Of a stretch of DNA of 47,661 bases, positions 34,789-47,522 are shown piece by piece; position 1 is the stretch's first letter; each line of letters starts with the position of its first letter. Made by a program: the position numbers and the translations under genes. This DNA is from Tricharina praecox. Taxonomy: Eukaryota. Below the pieces are notes generated by a model. The model searched no databases. It was not told the origin of the DNA and worked only from the letters and a program-made list of their open reading frames with translations. The stretch spans positions 1,674,001-1,721,661 of the forward strand of contig NW_026250406.1 of the NCBI RefSeq assembly GCF_024521635.1, in the 5' to 3' direction.

Positions 34789-36760
34789 CGTGTCTGAAGA
34801 TGGGACTAATAGTATTATCGAGCGTGTAAAACAGTGTCCCCGGCGAATCTAAGTTCTCCGATCAGCTTCAGCATCGCCTTTATATCCCATTTCCTTCCGG
34901 ACCACGCGTTCGAGTAACCCTCTCGCTATTTAGGTAGCAACATGGTATTTCTCGGGGATTCCCTCTCCAGGCACAGGCACACTTGCGGAACACCCGGATC
35001 GCGATAGTGAGCAGGCCTGTAGCGCGTATCGACCGAGGCTGCAAGGAAGGTTTATAGTGCTGTGGTACCTGCAGGCTGCAGTGCTGGCGCTTCGGGGAAG
35101 CCGAGGGACAACGCCAAGGGCGGGGTTTACATGCGCAGCGACTCTTGGTGCCGGTGAGTCGGCCGGCCAGCGGTCGATGTGAAAATGCGCATGTTCACGA
35201 AAGTCAGTCCGTAAGGCGAACACGGTAACATGAACTTCCTAGGTTAACAATCAACTCGAGTGAAGGATATCAGGGGAGATGCTTGCGAGTGAAAACAGTA
35301 ATAAGGGAGAATACGCCCTCTGCAGCATCTGCTTCGCATGGCTTGAAGGGGAATCGGCTATCAAAGCGCCGGGCTTCGAAGGCCGGGCATTGGGTGGTGC
35401 ACCGGGGCGTTGAGCGTTCCACTGACCATGAGTTCACAGCTCTACGGTTGATTCAATCTCCAACTTCCATCAAGGGGCACAGCCTCTTTTGTATCGTATA
35501 CGTTGTCGCCATGGAATCATAACCTCACGCTCATTATATGATTCGTAGATGATACTTTACCGGCTTCGTACTAAAGTGCACATCAATCCATGAACAGTCA
35601 CTCGTTATCGAAGTTTGCGTGCCAGATCTTATTGGTTGATCGGCTTGATCAGCACACCCGCGTCACGCGTGCGCACCGGAAGAGAACACCGCGTTCGGAA
35701 GGTCGACCTTACGCGGGGCGCGATATATTCCGACGTTAACCCAGAAGTATTCTCCCTTGACTCGGAAGCTGCTGCCTGGAATACTATCGATGTCGACTTT
35801 GGAGTTCAGCATTTGGCCCTGCATGCTGCCGGAGAGGTTTCCATGGATCTTATACCCGTACACCAAGCCTTGCGCAGTGCGCACTTTGGATGTAGCCACC
35901 CGTACGCACGTCCGCATGGATGCTGCCGTCCATCTACATAGAAGGCGTAGGGGAGCTTCTAACTCGGGCAGTCATGGTTGTCTTTCAATCGCCTCATGGA
36001 ACCTCACCAGTAATCGTAGTTACCGATGGCAGAGATGCTGTGAAGCGCGAAAGATATGACGATTGAAGAGGCAAAAAAGTGTGAGAAGATACTTTGTATG
36101 GAGCAGCATAAATCCCGGAAGTTCGGCAGGCGAACGGGATATCCCGCCAGTCACGGTCGAGGCGAAATTGATAAGATTGGCATATTCCCGGCAGAAATAT
36201 CTCGCTTGTTCAAGATGGCGTGTATCAACACCCCACTCCGTTAGACGAACGCGGGAGATGAGACTAGTTCTTCACAGAGGACGTTTATCAGTTCGTCCAC
36301 TGAAGGCTCCGTCATTCGATTAGACACTCCAGCTACATCCACCTGTCGTATAGAATCCGATAATATGCGAACCCAACTACGAGATCGGGGACTTCGCGTA
36401 CGCATTCACTGTCCGCTCGGTAGTGCTCAGTGCTGGTGTCTTTCGGCCCACCGAACTTCGCATTCGGCGATCGTTCGTGGATACGACGTCACCCATGGTT
36501 ATCTATCGATACGAAATCGCAAAAATCTAGAAGAGAACATGGTGCAAAACACAGAAAGGCGAGATTCTGTTGCGGGGCCACTAGGGAGCTGCGATACGAG
36601 TATAACATAAAACGGTTTCGGCCTGTGGGCATATCTCAGCCATTGGACGCCGGTGCGAGTGAATAGCGATGACGTTGACCTCCATCAATCACCCGCTAGC
36701 TCCCCAAATACAAAAATTCGCTGGTAAATACTCAACTCTATACTTGCACGCACTTCACAT

Positions 36761-37693
36761 TCAGTTGCTCGCCTCCGCCGTCTTCGCCACCTCTTTAGTA
36801 GCCGCGACCTTCGCCTCCTTCACCTTCCTCTCTTTTCTCTCACTGAACCGATCACCCATGCCCTCACTCAAAGGCCTGAACGCGAGAGTGAACCTGAACA
36901 ACTCCTCCATGACATCCACAAGTCTATCCCTGTTACCACTCGGCATGAGGCGATTTCCACCCTCCTCGGGCGCGTCCTCAGCCGTGAACTGCGTCCACGC
37001 CATCGGCAAAGAGCTCTGATTCGGGACCGTCCACATCCTCATCCACCGTCCGAGGACTCTGAGCGAGTTGACCGTGTTGAAACTCTGCGACCCGCCGGAA
37101 ACCTGTACGAGTCCCAACGTTCTCCCTTGAGTCGGCCTTACACTCCCGGTGAGCAGCGGTATCCAATCTATCTGGTTCTTGAATACGGCAGTGAGATTGC
37201 CGTGCTGCTCGGGGGAAACCCAGACGTGACCGTCTGACCAGGCGGAGAGCGCGCGGAGCTCTTGCACCTTTGGATGAGAGTGCTGCTCGTCGTCTTTTAC
37301 GGGGAGGCCGGTAGGATCGAAGACACGGACGTCGGCGCCGAGGCGGTGGAGGATCCGGGAGGCCTCGAAGGCCATCAGACGGGAGAAAGAGCGCTTGCGC
37401 AGGGAGCCGTAAAGGATCATGAATCTGAGGCGCTTGTGGGTGGTAGTTGCAGCCAGGGAGGAGACGGAATCAAGCTCGAGCTGAGAGACCCAATCGGTGT
37501 TGCGGAGTTCGTGGGGGAGAAGAAACGGACGGTAGATGGCGTCGATGGCGGGGTCGTCGTATGGATCGAGGTCTGGGGTGGTGGACTCGGGGGTGATCAT
37601 GACGGAGGAGGCGGAGGAGCTCATGGTTCGTATCGCGTCCGGACGGCTGGAGAGAATAGGAGTGAGTGCACGGAAGGAGGAACGAGCAAACAT
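36761..37693 (-). CDS. arsH: ArsH, NADPH-dependent FMN reductase / organoarsenical oxidase; intronless
   Basis: [41 protein letters not shown] and [24 protein letters not shown] are ArsH signature segments. Confidence 0.95.
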   Translation of the reverse strand: MFARSSFRALTPILSSRPDAIRTMSSSASSVMITPESTTPDLDPYDDPAIDAIYRPFLLPHELRNTDWVSQLELDSVSSLAATTTHKRLRFMILYGSLRKRSFSRLMAFEASRILHRLGADVRVFDPTGLPVKDDEQHSHPKVQELRALSAWSDGHVWVSPEQHGNLTAVFKNQIDWIPLLTGSVRPTQGRTLGLVQVSGGSQSFNTVNSLRVLGRWMRMWTVPNQSSLPMAWTQFTAEDAPEEGGNRLMPSGNRDRLVDVMEELFRFTLAFRPLSEGMGDRFSERKERKVKEAKVAATKEVAKTAEASN

Positions 37694-38733
37694 TTGGAGA
37701 ACAAGTAAATATCGACCTCGTACCTTTGCTGCCAGGGTTGTTATATCAGTGCTGTAGGCGTGTCACTGCTGCGATATGATTGGCCGGCCGGCATGGTTCG
37801 GAGCTAGTAGAGATTTTCCGCCCGCCGCCAACAGGGTCTGCCATCCTTGCCACCCGGATTTTCCCACGTTTGGTGCCCCCGACTCCACCGTGGATACGCT
37901 ACGGTTGGCCAGTTTCCGAGGTGGTGGAGATCCGGGTTGAACTCCGGCGCGGGCGAACAACGATCGGCGCACGCCGCCATCGGCCCGAATGCGAGTGACG
38001 GCCCGAGGCTGTCCTTCACGGCAATGTTCAACCCGCCCATATATGCTTATCCCTCTCATTCACTACCATATTCTCCCACTCTCCAACTATCAGCCCACGA
38101 CTACTCGTCTTCAACATACTGGAAAAATTGGTTAACAAGTCCATCTTTTTAAAAACTACCCCTTCCTCCCGCAGTCGAGTCGGTTAGGGCTTTGGTAGCC
38201 AATAAGTCTGACGATGCGCACGAGTCTTGTACGCACGCTCTTTTGCTTTCCTACTTACCTAATTTTCTAGCGTATTTTCGACAGTGACGTATTGACCACC
38301 AAGCCGACTGTGATGGGTGTACCACGCGAGCTCGGCCGAAAGACCAGATCAACCTCCCGCCTACTGCTTGCACGGTATCTATTTCCACGGTACCGACAAT
38401 AGTGTAGTGTACAGCTAGGTGATATAAATGATACAATAAACAAATGATGTAATGAAACACCGTGTGATGTCGGAGGTGTGTTTTAGTGGTACCTATGATT
38501 TCTTTTTCTGTATGTCGCCGGTCCACTTAGACGGTCCAGTAGTTGTCATGCACACATCTGCGGCGAATAGGCTATGCACACTCAAACCCCCGCTCAACTC
38601 GTTGCCTACCCCGCTCCCGTCGAAACGTACATGTACCGGTGGTCCCTTCCCCCGCCCGCGGAACCTTTCGCGAAAGCGGTCACAGCTTCCATTCAGACTT
38701 CAACGCGGTATCACACCAGTTTATTTCTTCAAG

Positions 38734-40239
38734 ATGCCTCAGAGAAACGTTATCTTTTCCGAGTCGCTTGTCGCGCTTTCCAAGAGTACTGTAGACATCA
38801 CCAACTGCGCAACCCCTCGGCGGTTTCGCTGGATCAATGTCGCTTCTTTGATTGACAATCACCTTCAAATCGTCGAGTCCGACCAGCCTACCATTGACGA
38901 CATTCCCTATGCAACAATTCCATACGTCTGGAGAGGGAAGGAACATATATGCGAGCCCGGCTGTCTCGGTATTTTCCATGTCGTCGGCGCGATGGACCCC
39001 GACACCGATCCCATCAGTATCGACTTACTACGTACCGCCGCCTTCGCGGCCCGCGGCCTCGGTGCCGAGTACCTGTGGCTTGACCGGTTGTGTATCATGC
39101 AAGCAGACCGCGATGAAAAAAACTGGCAGATCATGAATATGGGTGATATTTACAGAGCCTGCAAAACATGTCTGGTTTTCGCTGGTGGCCTGCGGCGGCT
39201 GGTTGGATTTGAGGAGGAAACCGACTGGATCCATAGAGTGTGGACTCTGCAGGAGGCAGTGGCACCACGTTCGGCGGAGTGCGTATTCCGGTTTGAGCGG
39301 GTCCTCATAGCCATTGCAGCGGTCAGCGGTGACCCCACCGTCTACACGGTCGAGAGAGGACGCAGCGGCAGAATGCCCTTGCGTTTCATGTTGATTGCTG
39401 CGGCATTGGGTGCGGTCGATCACCGGTACGAAGGGGATGTCGAGACGGGCAGGTACCCCGTCAATATCTTCGGCGAAAACCCCACCGCCAAGCTCCTCGT
39501 CACCGCGCTCATGGGTGTCTTTCGTTGCAGCAAAGATGTCGATGAGAGGGAGAATTACATGTGGCGCAGCGCGCTACTTCGGACATCGAAACGGCAAGTC
39601 GACATGGTCTTCAGCATGATGGGCCTCTTGGGGGTTAAACTAGATCCCGGCGAATATAAAAACCGGGAGGATGCCACGGTCGGCTTAACGCAAGCAATTC
39701 TAGCCAAAGGGGGCCGCGCGAACTGGATCCTCGCTTCCCATTAAAATACATTGCCAATCCCAACATTCCCTAATGCGTGCGCCGTCGGCAGAGCTAGTCA
39801 TCGAACCGCGGATGGACGATTTGTGGAGCTTCACCATGATTTCGCAGGAGATTTCGATGTTGTCCTAGCGGATGCTCCGAGAGGTGTTCTCGATGATCGG
39901 GTGTTGAGGATGGTATTGCCCGTCGCCAGAGTTCGGCCCGTGATTGGAGAAGGTCAGGAATCGGTGGAATTTCTCGATTCCGAAGGAAAATCTAGTGGAT
40001 TAGAGGCACCCTTCTCGGGGGCAACCGGAACGCATGCGGCTATTGTTGGGGAGCTGAGAAGGATACATATGCTCTGTGCAGTGGGCTCCCCCACGGATAC
40101 GGTTATCATACTCGTCGAAAGATGCAGCCGCGACTCTAGGCTGTGGCATAAGACTGGGAATACCGCAATAGAGAGGTCGGCCTTAGAATGTTGCTTCGTG
40201 GAGGCTGAACTTATGTTTCCCATGTGCTGTCTTGATTGA
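38734..40239 (+). pseudogene. HET-domain (PF06985-like) protein gene with an in-frame TAA at 39742-39744
   Basis: YATIPYVW, YLWLDRLCIMQ, WQIMNMGDIY and WIHRVWTLQE are HET motifs; ORF 39751-40239 continues in the same frame after the stop. Confidence 0.8.
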
Positions 40240-41376
40240 TCTTCATGATTCGGAGGAGGAGTCGGAGAAGTCAGAGGTTGGCAGGGGCAGCCGGAGGAGC
40301 CCGGGGAAGTAGGGGCTTGATTGTGCGGGCAACAGGACTTGCGGGTTCGAAGGAGGTGGAGGTATCAGAAAGATCAAGGGGGCTGGATCGGCCGTGTTGG
40401 AGGGACGCTACTTGGTGGAATATGTATCGAAAGCTTCCATCATTTCCTACTTGTATATGCAATCCAGAGAACCCAGCAGTCCGTCCGTCCCATAGCTCCC
40501 CAGCCGCTATGGAGCTCAGCTGTCATGCGACTGGGAACGACGGGAAGAGAGAACGAAAATTCGTCTCTGTCATGATTCCCAGTCACTGATGCAAGTGCAC
40601 TAAAGCACGAGCCGTGCCGGGCCAGTATCTCCTACCACGATGCCCAGCTATTGGCGCACGTGCACCAGAGCACGTGCACCCTCGTGAAGTCACCACTGCT
40701 TTGTTCGTGCGGGCAATGCCGCCTCGTGCTTCATCCCGCTGAGACCTTTGCGAATAGACAGCACCAACACCTAAGACTCAGAATCGGCTCGCCAATCCGC
40801 CCAAGTTGCCAGCACGAACTCTGACCTCCGCCACCGCTGTCGCCGACTTCATTACTGCTGCGCGTTCATTAATCGTTGCCCCAACGCGTCATACATCTCT
40901 CGGACATCCATTCGACGTCCCGTTCGGCCGCAGCCTTCCAATTGATGGACGTCTTCACTATCAATGCCCTCAAAGCAGTCCGGTAGTAGGGCTATTCCCT
41001 CCTTATCGACGTTGTTAGGACGTAATTCCGATCGGGTCAGTGAAAATTCCCACAACTCTACTCCCACCAACGCGCGATTCAGCGATACCTAAGCTTTGAA
41101 ACAAACCCCATCCTCTTCGACGCGCTATCGGGCTACGTGGTAAAGAATGGCGACATTAGTCCACGGCGGAGATTAGAAGAGATGCAGAGGGCGGGAGCAG
41201 TCGTCGAGCTGGTTCCGTATACGAAGGGCGCGGAAGCGCATGGCTTTTCGCGGAGGCGTTGGGGTTAGTCAGGACCCCTTCGCACCACCACTAGAGCTTT
41301 CGCGTCTCGAGCTGATCACGTACGGCGCGTCGCATAGCGCCTATCCTATCAACCCCAATGAGACCACGGCCCCTCA

Positions 41377-41727
41377 GTGCCGTCCCTCCGCCCTTCATGG
41401 CGGCGACAGCATGCGGAATACCTATGGACGTGTCGGTGGCCAGTACTCCCGCTTTGCCTGTTGCAACCACATACGCGTGATCACCCGGTCGTGCAACTGG
41501 CGAGCTTATTGCGAGAGGTGCTCCGCGCCCAGACGGCGAGGCATATGGTACATGCCTTCACCATCTGCGGAGCGAATATGAGAGTGTGGCGATTGGATCG
41601 TGCGGCGCCTGCTAGGTCTACCGACATCGATCACAGGCAGAATTTTACGTGCTGCGATACTGTGCTACGCCACCATGAACGTGTAACAAATCAGTTTCGA
41701 TCCCTGCTTCCGATGGAACATGCGTAG
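41377..41727 (+). pseudogene. Relic of a fungal-specific protein kinase (FunK1 / Pkinase_fungal-like); may start further upstream
   Basis: VQLASLLREVLRAQTARHMVHAFTICGANMRVWRLDRA resembles the FunK1 N-terminal motif; frameshifted and no catalytic half visible. Confidence 0.65.
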
Positions 41728-41729
41728 TG

Positions 41730-42502
41730 TTGGAAATCGTGAAGAATATATAGTAGAGATGTATCGTATTGTTCTATAGAGGATAAAGAGAAAGATAGAC
41801 ACTCCCGACGGTGTAGGAAATAAGGGTGAAGGCCCGTTTCAATCCATTGAAAATTTGTGGCTATATATGATGTACTTTACACGTCAAGAGAGAGAGATCT
41901 TCAATTTATTTCACTACAAATACAGCAAAATGAGCGAGTGATGAACTGTGATCAAACATCAGCGTGATATCTTGCGATGTGCAATGTATCGCGTGATAGT
42001 TGACGAAGGATTGTATTGCAGATGATACCATACAATTGTGATCTAAGGAATTCTTATTGAAAGGATACAAGAATATGTGTAAAAGGATGTATGACATGTG
42101 AATGGAAATGATTACAAGCAGGAATGTAAGTGTTTACTGAGAAGGATATAGAAGGAACAAACAAAATAAGAGTGATGGAATGAATCACAATTAAGTCACG
42201 GAATTGTATTGCATGATTTGAAGAGGGAAAAGGAGTGAAACATGCGGATAAAAATCCGTATGGATGACTGTTTGTATTCATTCAAGTACTAGATGATCGT
42301 GAGTAGATGTACACAAGTTTGATCTTGAAGATATGGAGGAGAATTTATAGGAACGTGGCACAAAAATGATTCTGGTACAGTAACTGGGAAAACAGATGTT
42401 GATATATGCGAAAACAGATGTTGATATAAAAAGAGAAGAATATATGTTGTAGGAAAATTGTCATAGCAGTATTAAAAAGATGACTGATCATGTGAATGGA
42501 AA
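41730..42502. other. AT-rich, C-poor degenerate segment, probably an old mutated repeat
   Basis: Abrupt compositional shift, purine-rich plus strand, no credible ORF. Confidence 0.5.
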
Positions 42503-42667
42503 TGAAACGGCACGGTCGGGCAAGGCTCCAGGTAGCGAAGTCGGCTCTGGGATCGGGTGCTGGGTTTGGCAGAGGCAAGACGGGTTCAGAGGACAATGTA
42601 AGGCAGCGCTCAGTGCAGACGGCAACCGGGAACGGAGGCAGGGACAAGCACTACGGCGCAGACGGCA
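42503..42667 (-). mobile_element. Family A LTR fragment (U5 end only)
   Basis: tgaaacggcacggtcgggcaaggctccagg... matches the first ~165 bp of the A LTRs on the plus strand, then switches to the B LTR. Confidence 0.9.
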
Positions 42668-43634
42668 TGTGAGACTGGAACGGGTTTGTGTCGTCGGAGT
42701 CTATGGTATTATCGAGTGTAGAATAAAAGTCAGGGATTTCGATAATTGACAACAGAATAATCTTAAGGGTGTTTCTTCAGTGGTTTGTTCAGTGCGATGA
42801 TTGTGTTTTTGGTCTGGTTGCCCGCTCGGTTCGACTTATAGTTGTCCCGATCCTCAGCACCTGATTTTTCTAGAGTGCGGCCTAACGTAGCTCCGTTTCT
42901 TCCTTGGCATCGGAGTTCCGCGGCCTGGCCTTGAGCCGTCGTCAGCTCTCTTCGGATGGTCTTCTCGACTAGGCAGGTGGTAAACACCACGCGCCCAAGA
43001 TAGATCGCAGTTTCCGAGCAATTATCTCCCTCATGCGCCGGCAGAGTTCTTCGCTTGAAGTTCTCTGCCCCCATCCGTCGATGTTCGATTCTCTCGTCAT
43101 AACAGTTTTTCCCTGGATCGGAGTTCCTACTGCGGGGCCGTATGAACGGAGATTTCAAAGTCCTCTGGACTGTTATCCCAATCACCCGCATCTATGATCA
43201 CTGTCTAGACTCTGGAATCCGTTTGCTTCCTCCTTCCTATCTTGTCCATGATCGCTTCTAACTATCCTTTCGGCTCGCAACTCTATTCTAATCACCCGAA
43301 CTATCTGATCACATCTCTTGCGACCGTCGTAACCTCCGATACCTATTGGGGTGTCACACCATCTCCCCTCCCACGAGGCTTCGGCCCGAAGCACCCAAGT
43401 ACTCGCCTTTATCCTAACCTGATAACTGTGGATGAAGTCCTCCATCCCCTTCATCCTACTACCTGCCCGAGTTCGAGAAAACCACATGGGAACAAACTCT
43501 TACTCAGCTGTGAGCCGGTAGTCCCTCGGCGCATCGGAATTTTTGCAATGAATCTCGCGTAGGTTTTCCCAACCGCCTACTGAGAAGTTGTCGAATGGCT
43601 GGTTCGTCCAGTCCCGCCGTTCGGGGTGGTTGAG
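42668..43634 (-). mobile_element. Family B element B2, 3' end only (LTR 42668-43358, PPT, 3' UTR, chromodomain tip)
   Basis: 691-bp LTR TGTGAGAC...GTGTCACA, PPT ccatctcccctcc, then sequence homologous to 44339-44600. Confidence 0.93.
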
Positions 43635-46600
43635 TGTGAGACTGGGACGGGTTTGTGTCGTCGGAGTCTATAGTAAAGTCGAGGATAGAATAAAAGTCAG
43701 GGATTTCGATAATTCACAACGGAATAATCTTAAGGGTGTTTCTTCGATGGTTTGTTCGGTGCGATGATTGTAGTTTGGTTCGGTTTGCCTGCTCGGTTCG
43801 ACTTATAGTCGTTCCGATCCTCAACACGTGATTCCTCTAGAGTGCGGCCTAACGTAGCTCCGTTGCTTCCTTTGCATCGGAGTTCCGCGGCCTAGCCTCG
43901 AGTCGTCGTCAGCTCTCTTCGGATAGTCTTCTCGACTAGGCAGGTGGTAAACACCACGCGCCCAAGATAGATCGGAGTTTCCGAGCAATTATCTCCCTCA
44001 TGCGCCGGCAGAGTTCTTCGCTCGAAGTTGTCTGCCCCCATCGGTCGATGTTCGATTCTCTCGTCATAACAGTTTTTCCCTGGATCGGAGTTCCTACTGC
44101 GGGGCCGTATGAACGGAGATTTCAAAGTCCTCTGTACTGTTATCCCAATCACCCGCATCTATGATCACTGTCTAGACTCTGGAATCCGTTTGCTTCCTCC
44201 TTCCTATCTTGTCCATGATCGCTTCTAATTATCCTTTCGGCTCGCAACTCTATTCTAATCACCCGAACTATCTAATCACATCTCTTGCGACCGTCGTGTC
44301 CTCCGATAGCTATCACGGTGTCACACCATCTCCCCTCCCACGAGGCTTCGGCCCGAAGCACCCAAGTCCTCGCCTTTATCCTAACTTTGATAACTGGATG
44401 AAGTCCTCCATCCCCTTCATCCTACTACCTGCCCGAGTTCGAGAAAACCACATGGGAAAAAACTCTTACTCATCTGTGAGCCGGTAGTCCCTCGGCGCAC
44501 CGGGATTTTTGCGATGAAACTCGCGTAGCTTTTCCCGACCGCCTACTGAGAAGTTGTCGAATGGCTCGTTCGTCCAGTCCCGTCGTTCGGGGTAGTTGAG
44601 CCATTTGACGAGGTAGAGCACTCGTCGACCTTTCTTCGAGCTGCCCATAACCTCATCGACGTCGTATTCTTCGTTGCCTTCCACATCATTGGCCTCTCGT
44701 AAGATTTGAGAGGGATCCGGTGGTGCTCGGGTGCCGGCTCGGAACGGTTCAACGAGCGAGACGTGAAAGACATTATGAATCTTCCACTTCCTTGGCAGAG
44801 TGAGCTTGACAGCGAGCGGCGATACGATCTTCTCGATTTGGAAGGGACCATGGTTCTTGTGGTCCAACTTCCGCGAGGGTCGGCGGGTTTGAATGTTCCG
44901 CCCATTGAGCATTACCAAGTCTCCTACTTGATAAGCCGGTGCCTCCTGACGATGTTGATCTGCATACTTGCGCATTCGTTCGCGCGTTCGTTCGAGGGTC
45001 TTGATGTTTTCCTCGTGGACTCTATGCATCCAGTGAGCGTAGACCTTGCTGGCGGGGTTGAGAGAATTTGCCGCAGCAGGGTTTGTCGCTGAAGGGTGGT
45101 ATCTGAAATTCGCATAGAAGGGCGACATTCCAGTTGCCGATGTAACCGAGTTGTTGTAGGCAAACTCAGCCATCGGTAGGAGATTCACCCAATCGTTCTG
45201 CTCGTAGTTGACGAAGGAGCGGAGGTATGCTTCGATCGTCTGGTTGAGGCGTTCCGTTTGTCCATCCGTCTGTGGGTGGAACGCTGTTGACATCCGGGGC
45301 TTAATGCCTAGCAGCAGGATGAATTCTTTCCATGTACCCGAGGTAAACCGTGAGTCTCGATCCGATACTATGTCTGTCGGTAATCCGTGAAAGCGCCATA
45401 TCTCGCGGGCAAAAATCTTCGCGAGATCCTCGGCTATCTTTCCATCCTTAGGTAGGGGGATGAAATGCGCCATCTTGGTGAAGCGGTCGACGGCCACCCA
45501 TAGCTGTCCGCATCCGTTGGATTCCGGTAGATCGGTAATGAAGTCCATGGCTATTGATTGCCATGGGGTGTATGGTAACTCGAGAGGATTGAGTAGTCCA
45601 TAGGGCTGGTGCCTTGTTACTTTGTCCTTCTGACACTGCGCGCAACTCCGGACGAAGTCTATAATCTGCTCGTCCATCTTTGGCCACCAGAAATTGCGTC
45701 GGATAAGTTCGATAGTCTTGTCCTGACCCATATGCCCCGCGACTTTCGTATCGTGTTCCGACTCGAGGATGTGTCTGACGAGTTCCTTGTCGTCTGGTAC
45801 CCATAGCCTTTCTTTCCTATAAAGGCACCCCTCTTCCATCCTCAAAATCCTGGCCTTTCGACCCATCCTGCCGGAGTCCCTACTCTCGGCGGCCAGTTCC
45901 CAGGCCTTTCGGCCCTCCGACTCAGTGTGCTTCTGAGCCGCGTCCTCGTTCGTATCCTTGATGCTACTCAGAGCCTCCTGATATCCAGCATCTTTCTTTC
46001 CCGCCTTCCTGACCCAACCCAGAAATTCTTCATTCCACTTTGGCACGGGGATTGATTGTAGCCGAGTTGACGAAACCAGGAACACGGTGCTTTCGCCTCC
46101 GGTGCTGATTGATGAAACTCTCGAATCGTCGCCTGCAAAGTGTGATTTATGCAGGATCGTCCTAACCGGCTGATCTTCACCCCCTCCTTTTTCAGGGCGG
46201 TACTCCGGGCGCCTGGATAATGCGTCAGGCTTGCCGTTCTGGCTGCCGGGCCGGTAGTAGATTTTGAAGCCGATGCCAGCGAGTTCTTGTGCCCATCTCG
46301 CCTGCCGTCGATTGAGTACTTTCGTGGTTGTGAAGTACTCAAGGTTCTGGTGGTCACTGTACACCTGGATCTGGTGTTTTGCTCCCTCGAGGTATTGCCG
46401 CCAGCGTTTGAAAGAGTCTACTATCGCGAGTAGTTCCTTATCGTGAATCTCGAAGTTGATTTCGGCTGGGGTAAACTTTCTTGAGTGGAACGCAACTGGG
46501 TGTAACTTCCCATCCTCTGCCCTTTGAGACAGGACCGCGCCAAACGCGAAGTCGGAAGCGTCGGATTCCACCACGGCAGCTAATTCTGGGTTGAAGTGCC

Positions 46601-47522
46601 CGAGAATCGGTGCCGTGGTGAACCTAGACTTCAGCTCCTCGAAGGCCAGTTCCATCTCCCCTGTCCATTTCCAATCTTTCCCTTTTTCTTTTGTGCTCTC
46701 GGTCAAGGGTCTCGTGATCTTTGAGAAATCCTTGATGAAGCGCCTGTAAAAATTGGCGAACCCAAGGAAGGCTTGTACTTCCTTCAGGGACCGCGGCGCC
46801 TCCCACGAGAGCACAGATTCCACCTTGTCCTTAGCCATCTCAATTCCATCTTGGGATATCACGTATCCTAGGAACTCGACTCTCCCTGTCGACCAGACAC
46901 ACTTCTCTGGTGAGATTGCCAACTTATTTTCTTCCAACCTCTTTAGTACCTCGATGACTATCTTGTCATGCTCCTCGTGCGTCTTAGCATAGATGAGGAG
47001 GTCATCGATGTATGCGACCAGTCCCAGGTCCAACATATCCCGAAATATGTGGTTAATCATGTCCTGAAACGTCGCTGGAGCGTTGGTCAGCCCAAACGGC
47101 ATGACCAAAAACTCAAACAGTCCGTATCGACAGCGGAAAGCCGTCTTCCACTCGTCAGCTTCCTTGATGCGGATAAGGTGATAGCCATTCTTCAGATCAA
47201 TCTTGGTGAAGACTTTTGCACCCCTGACTCGGTCTTGCAACTCTGCCATGATCGGGAGTGGGTAGCGATTGGCTACGGTAATCTTGTTGATACCGCGATA
47301 GTCGACACACAATCGGAGACCCCTGCCGTGCGCCTTTGGTACAAATAATATCGGCGCCCCGGCTGGTGATTTGGATCTTCGAACTTGCCTGTCTGGAGCA
47401 TCTCCTTGAGCCACTCCCTGAGGGCCTCAAGTTCTTTCTCTGACAGGGCATAGATAGGACCCCATGGAGGAGTCTCTCCTTCCTTGAGATCGATTGCGTG
47501 GTCGTAGGACTTGTGGTCGGGA
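43635..47522 (-). mobile_element. Family B chromovirus element B3, 5'-truncated at the telomere (LTR 43635-44325, PPT 44326-44338)
   Basis: 691-bp LTR, PPT and pol; no gag, protease or 5' LTR. Confidence 0.95.
44466..47521 (-). pseudogene. pol: B3 pol (RT, RNase H, integrase, chromodomain), 5'-truncated, 1-bp deletion near 47383
   Basis: 982-codon ORF with LCVDYRGIN, YIDD, ESDASDF, HDTKVAGH...CAQC, SDRDSRF and EYDVDEVMGS...YLVKWLNY. Compared with Bx, GGCAAGATTCGA has become GGCAAGTTCGA. Confidence 0.93.

Noticed and set aside
37875..37954. tRNA-like fold upstream of arsH (GCCCCCG...CCGGGTTGAACTCCGG-CGCGGGC)
   Set aside because: No proper D-arm or anticodon arm and no TTC T-loop consensus; GC-rich pairing is likely chance. 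tRNAscan-SE would settle it.
38182..38190. Isolated TTAGGG hexamers (also ~18634) as relic internal telomeres
   Set aside because: Single hexamers are expected by chance in 47 kb, and none lies at the 14409 junction.
38452..38733. Upstream extension of the HET ORF
   Set aside because: Reads like promoter or UTR sequence; the ATG at 38734 is the more plausible start.
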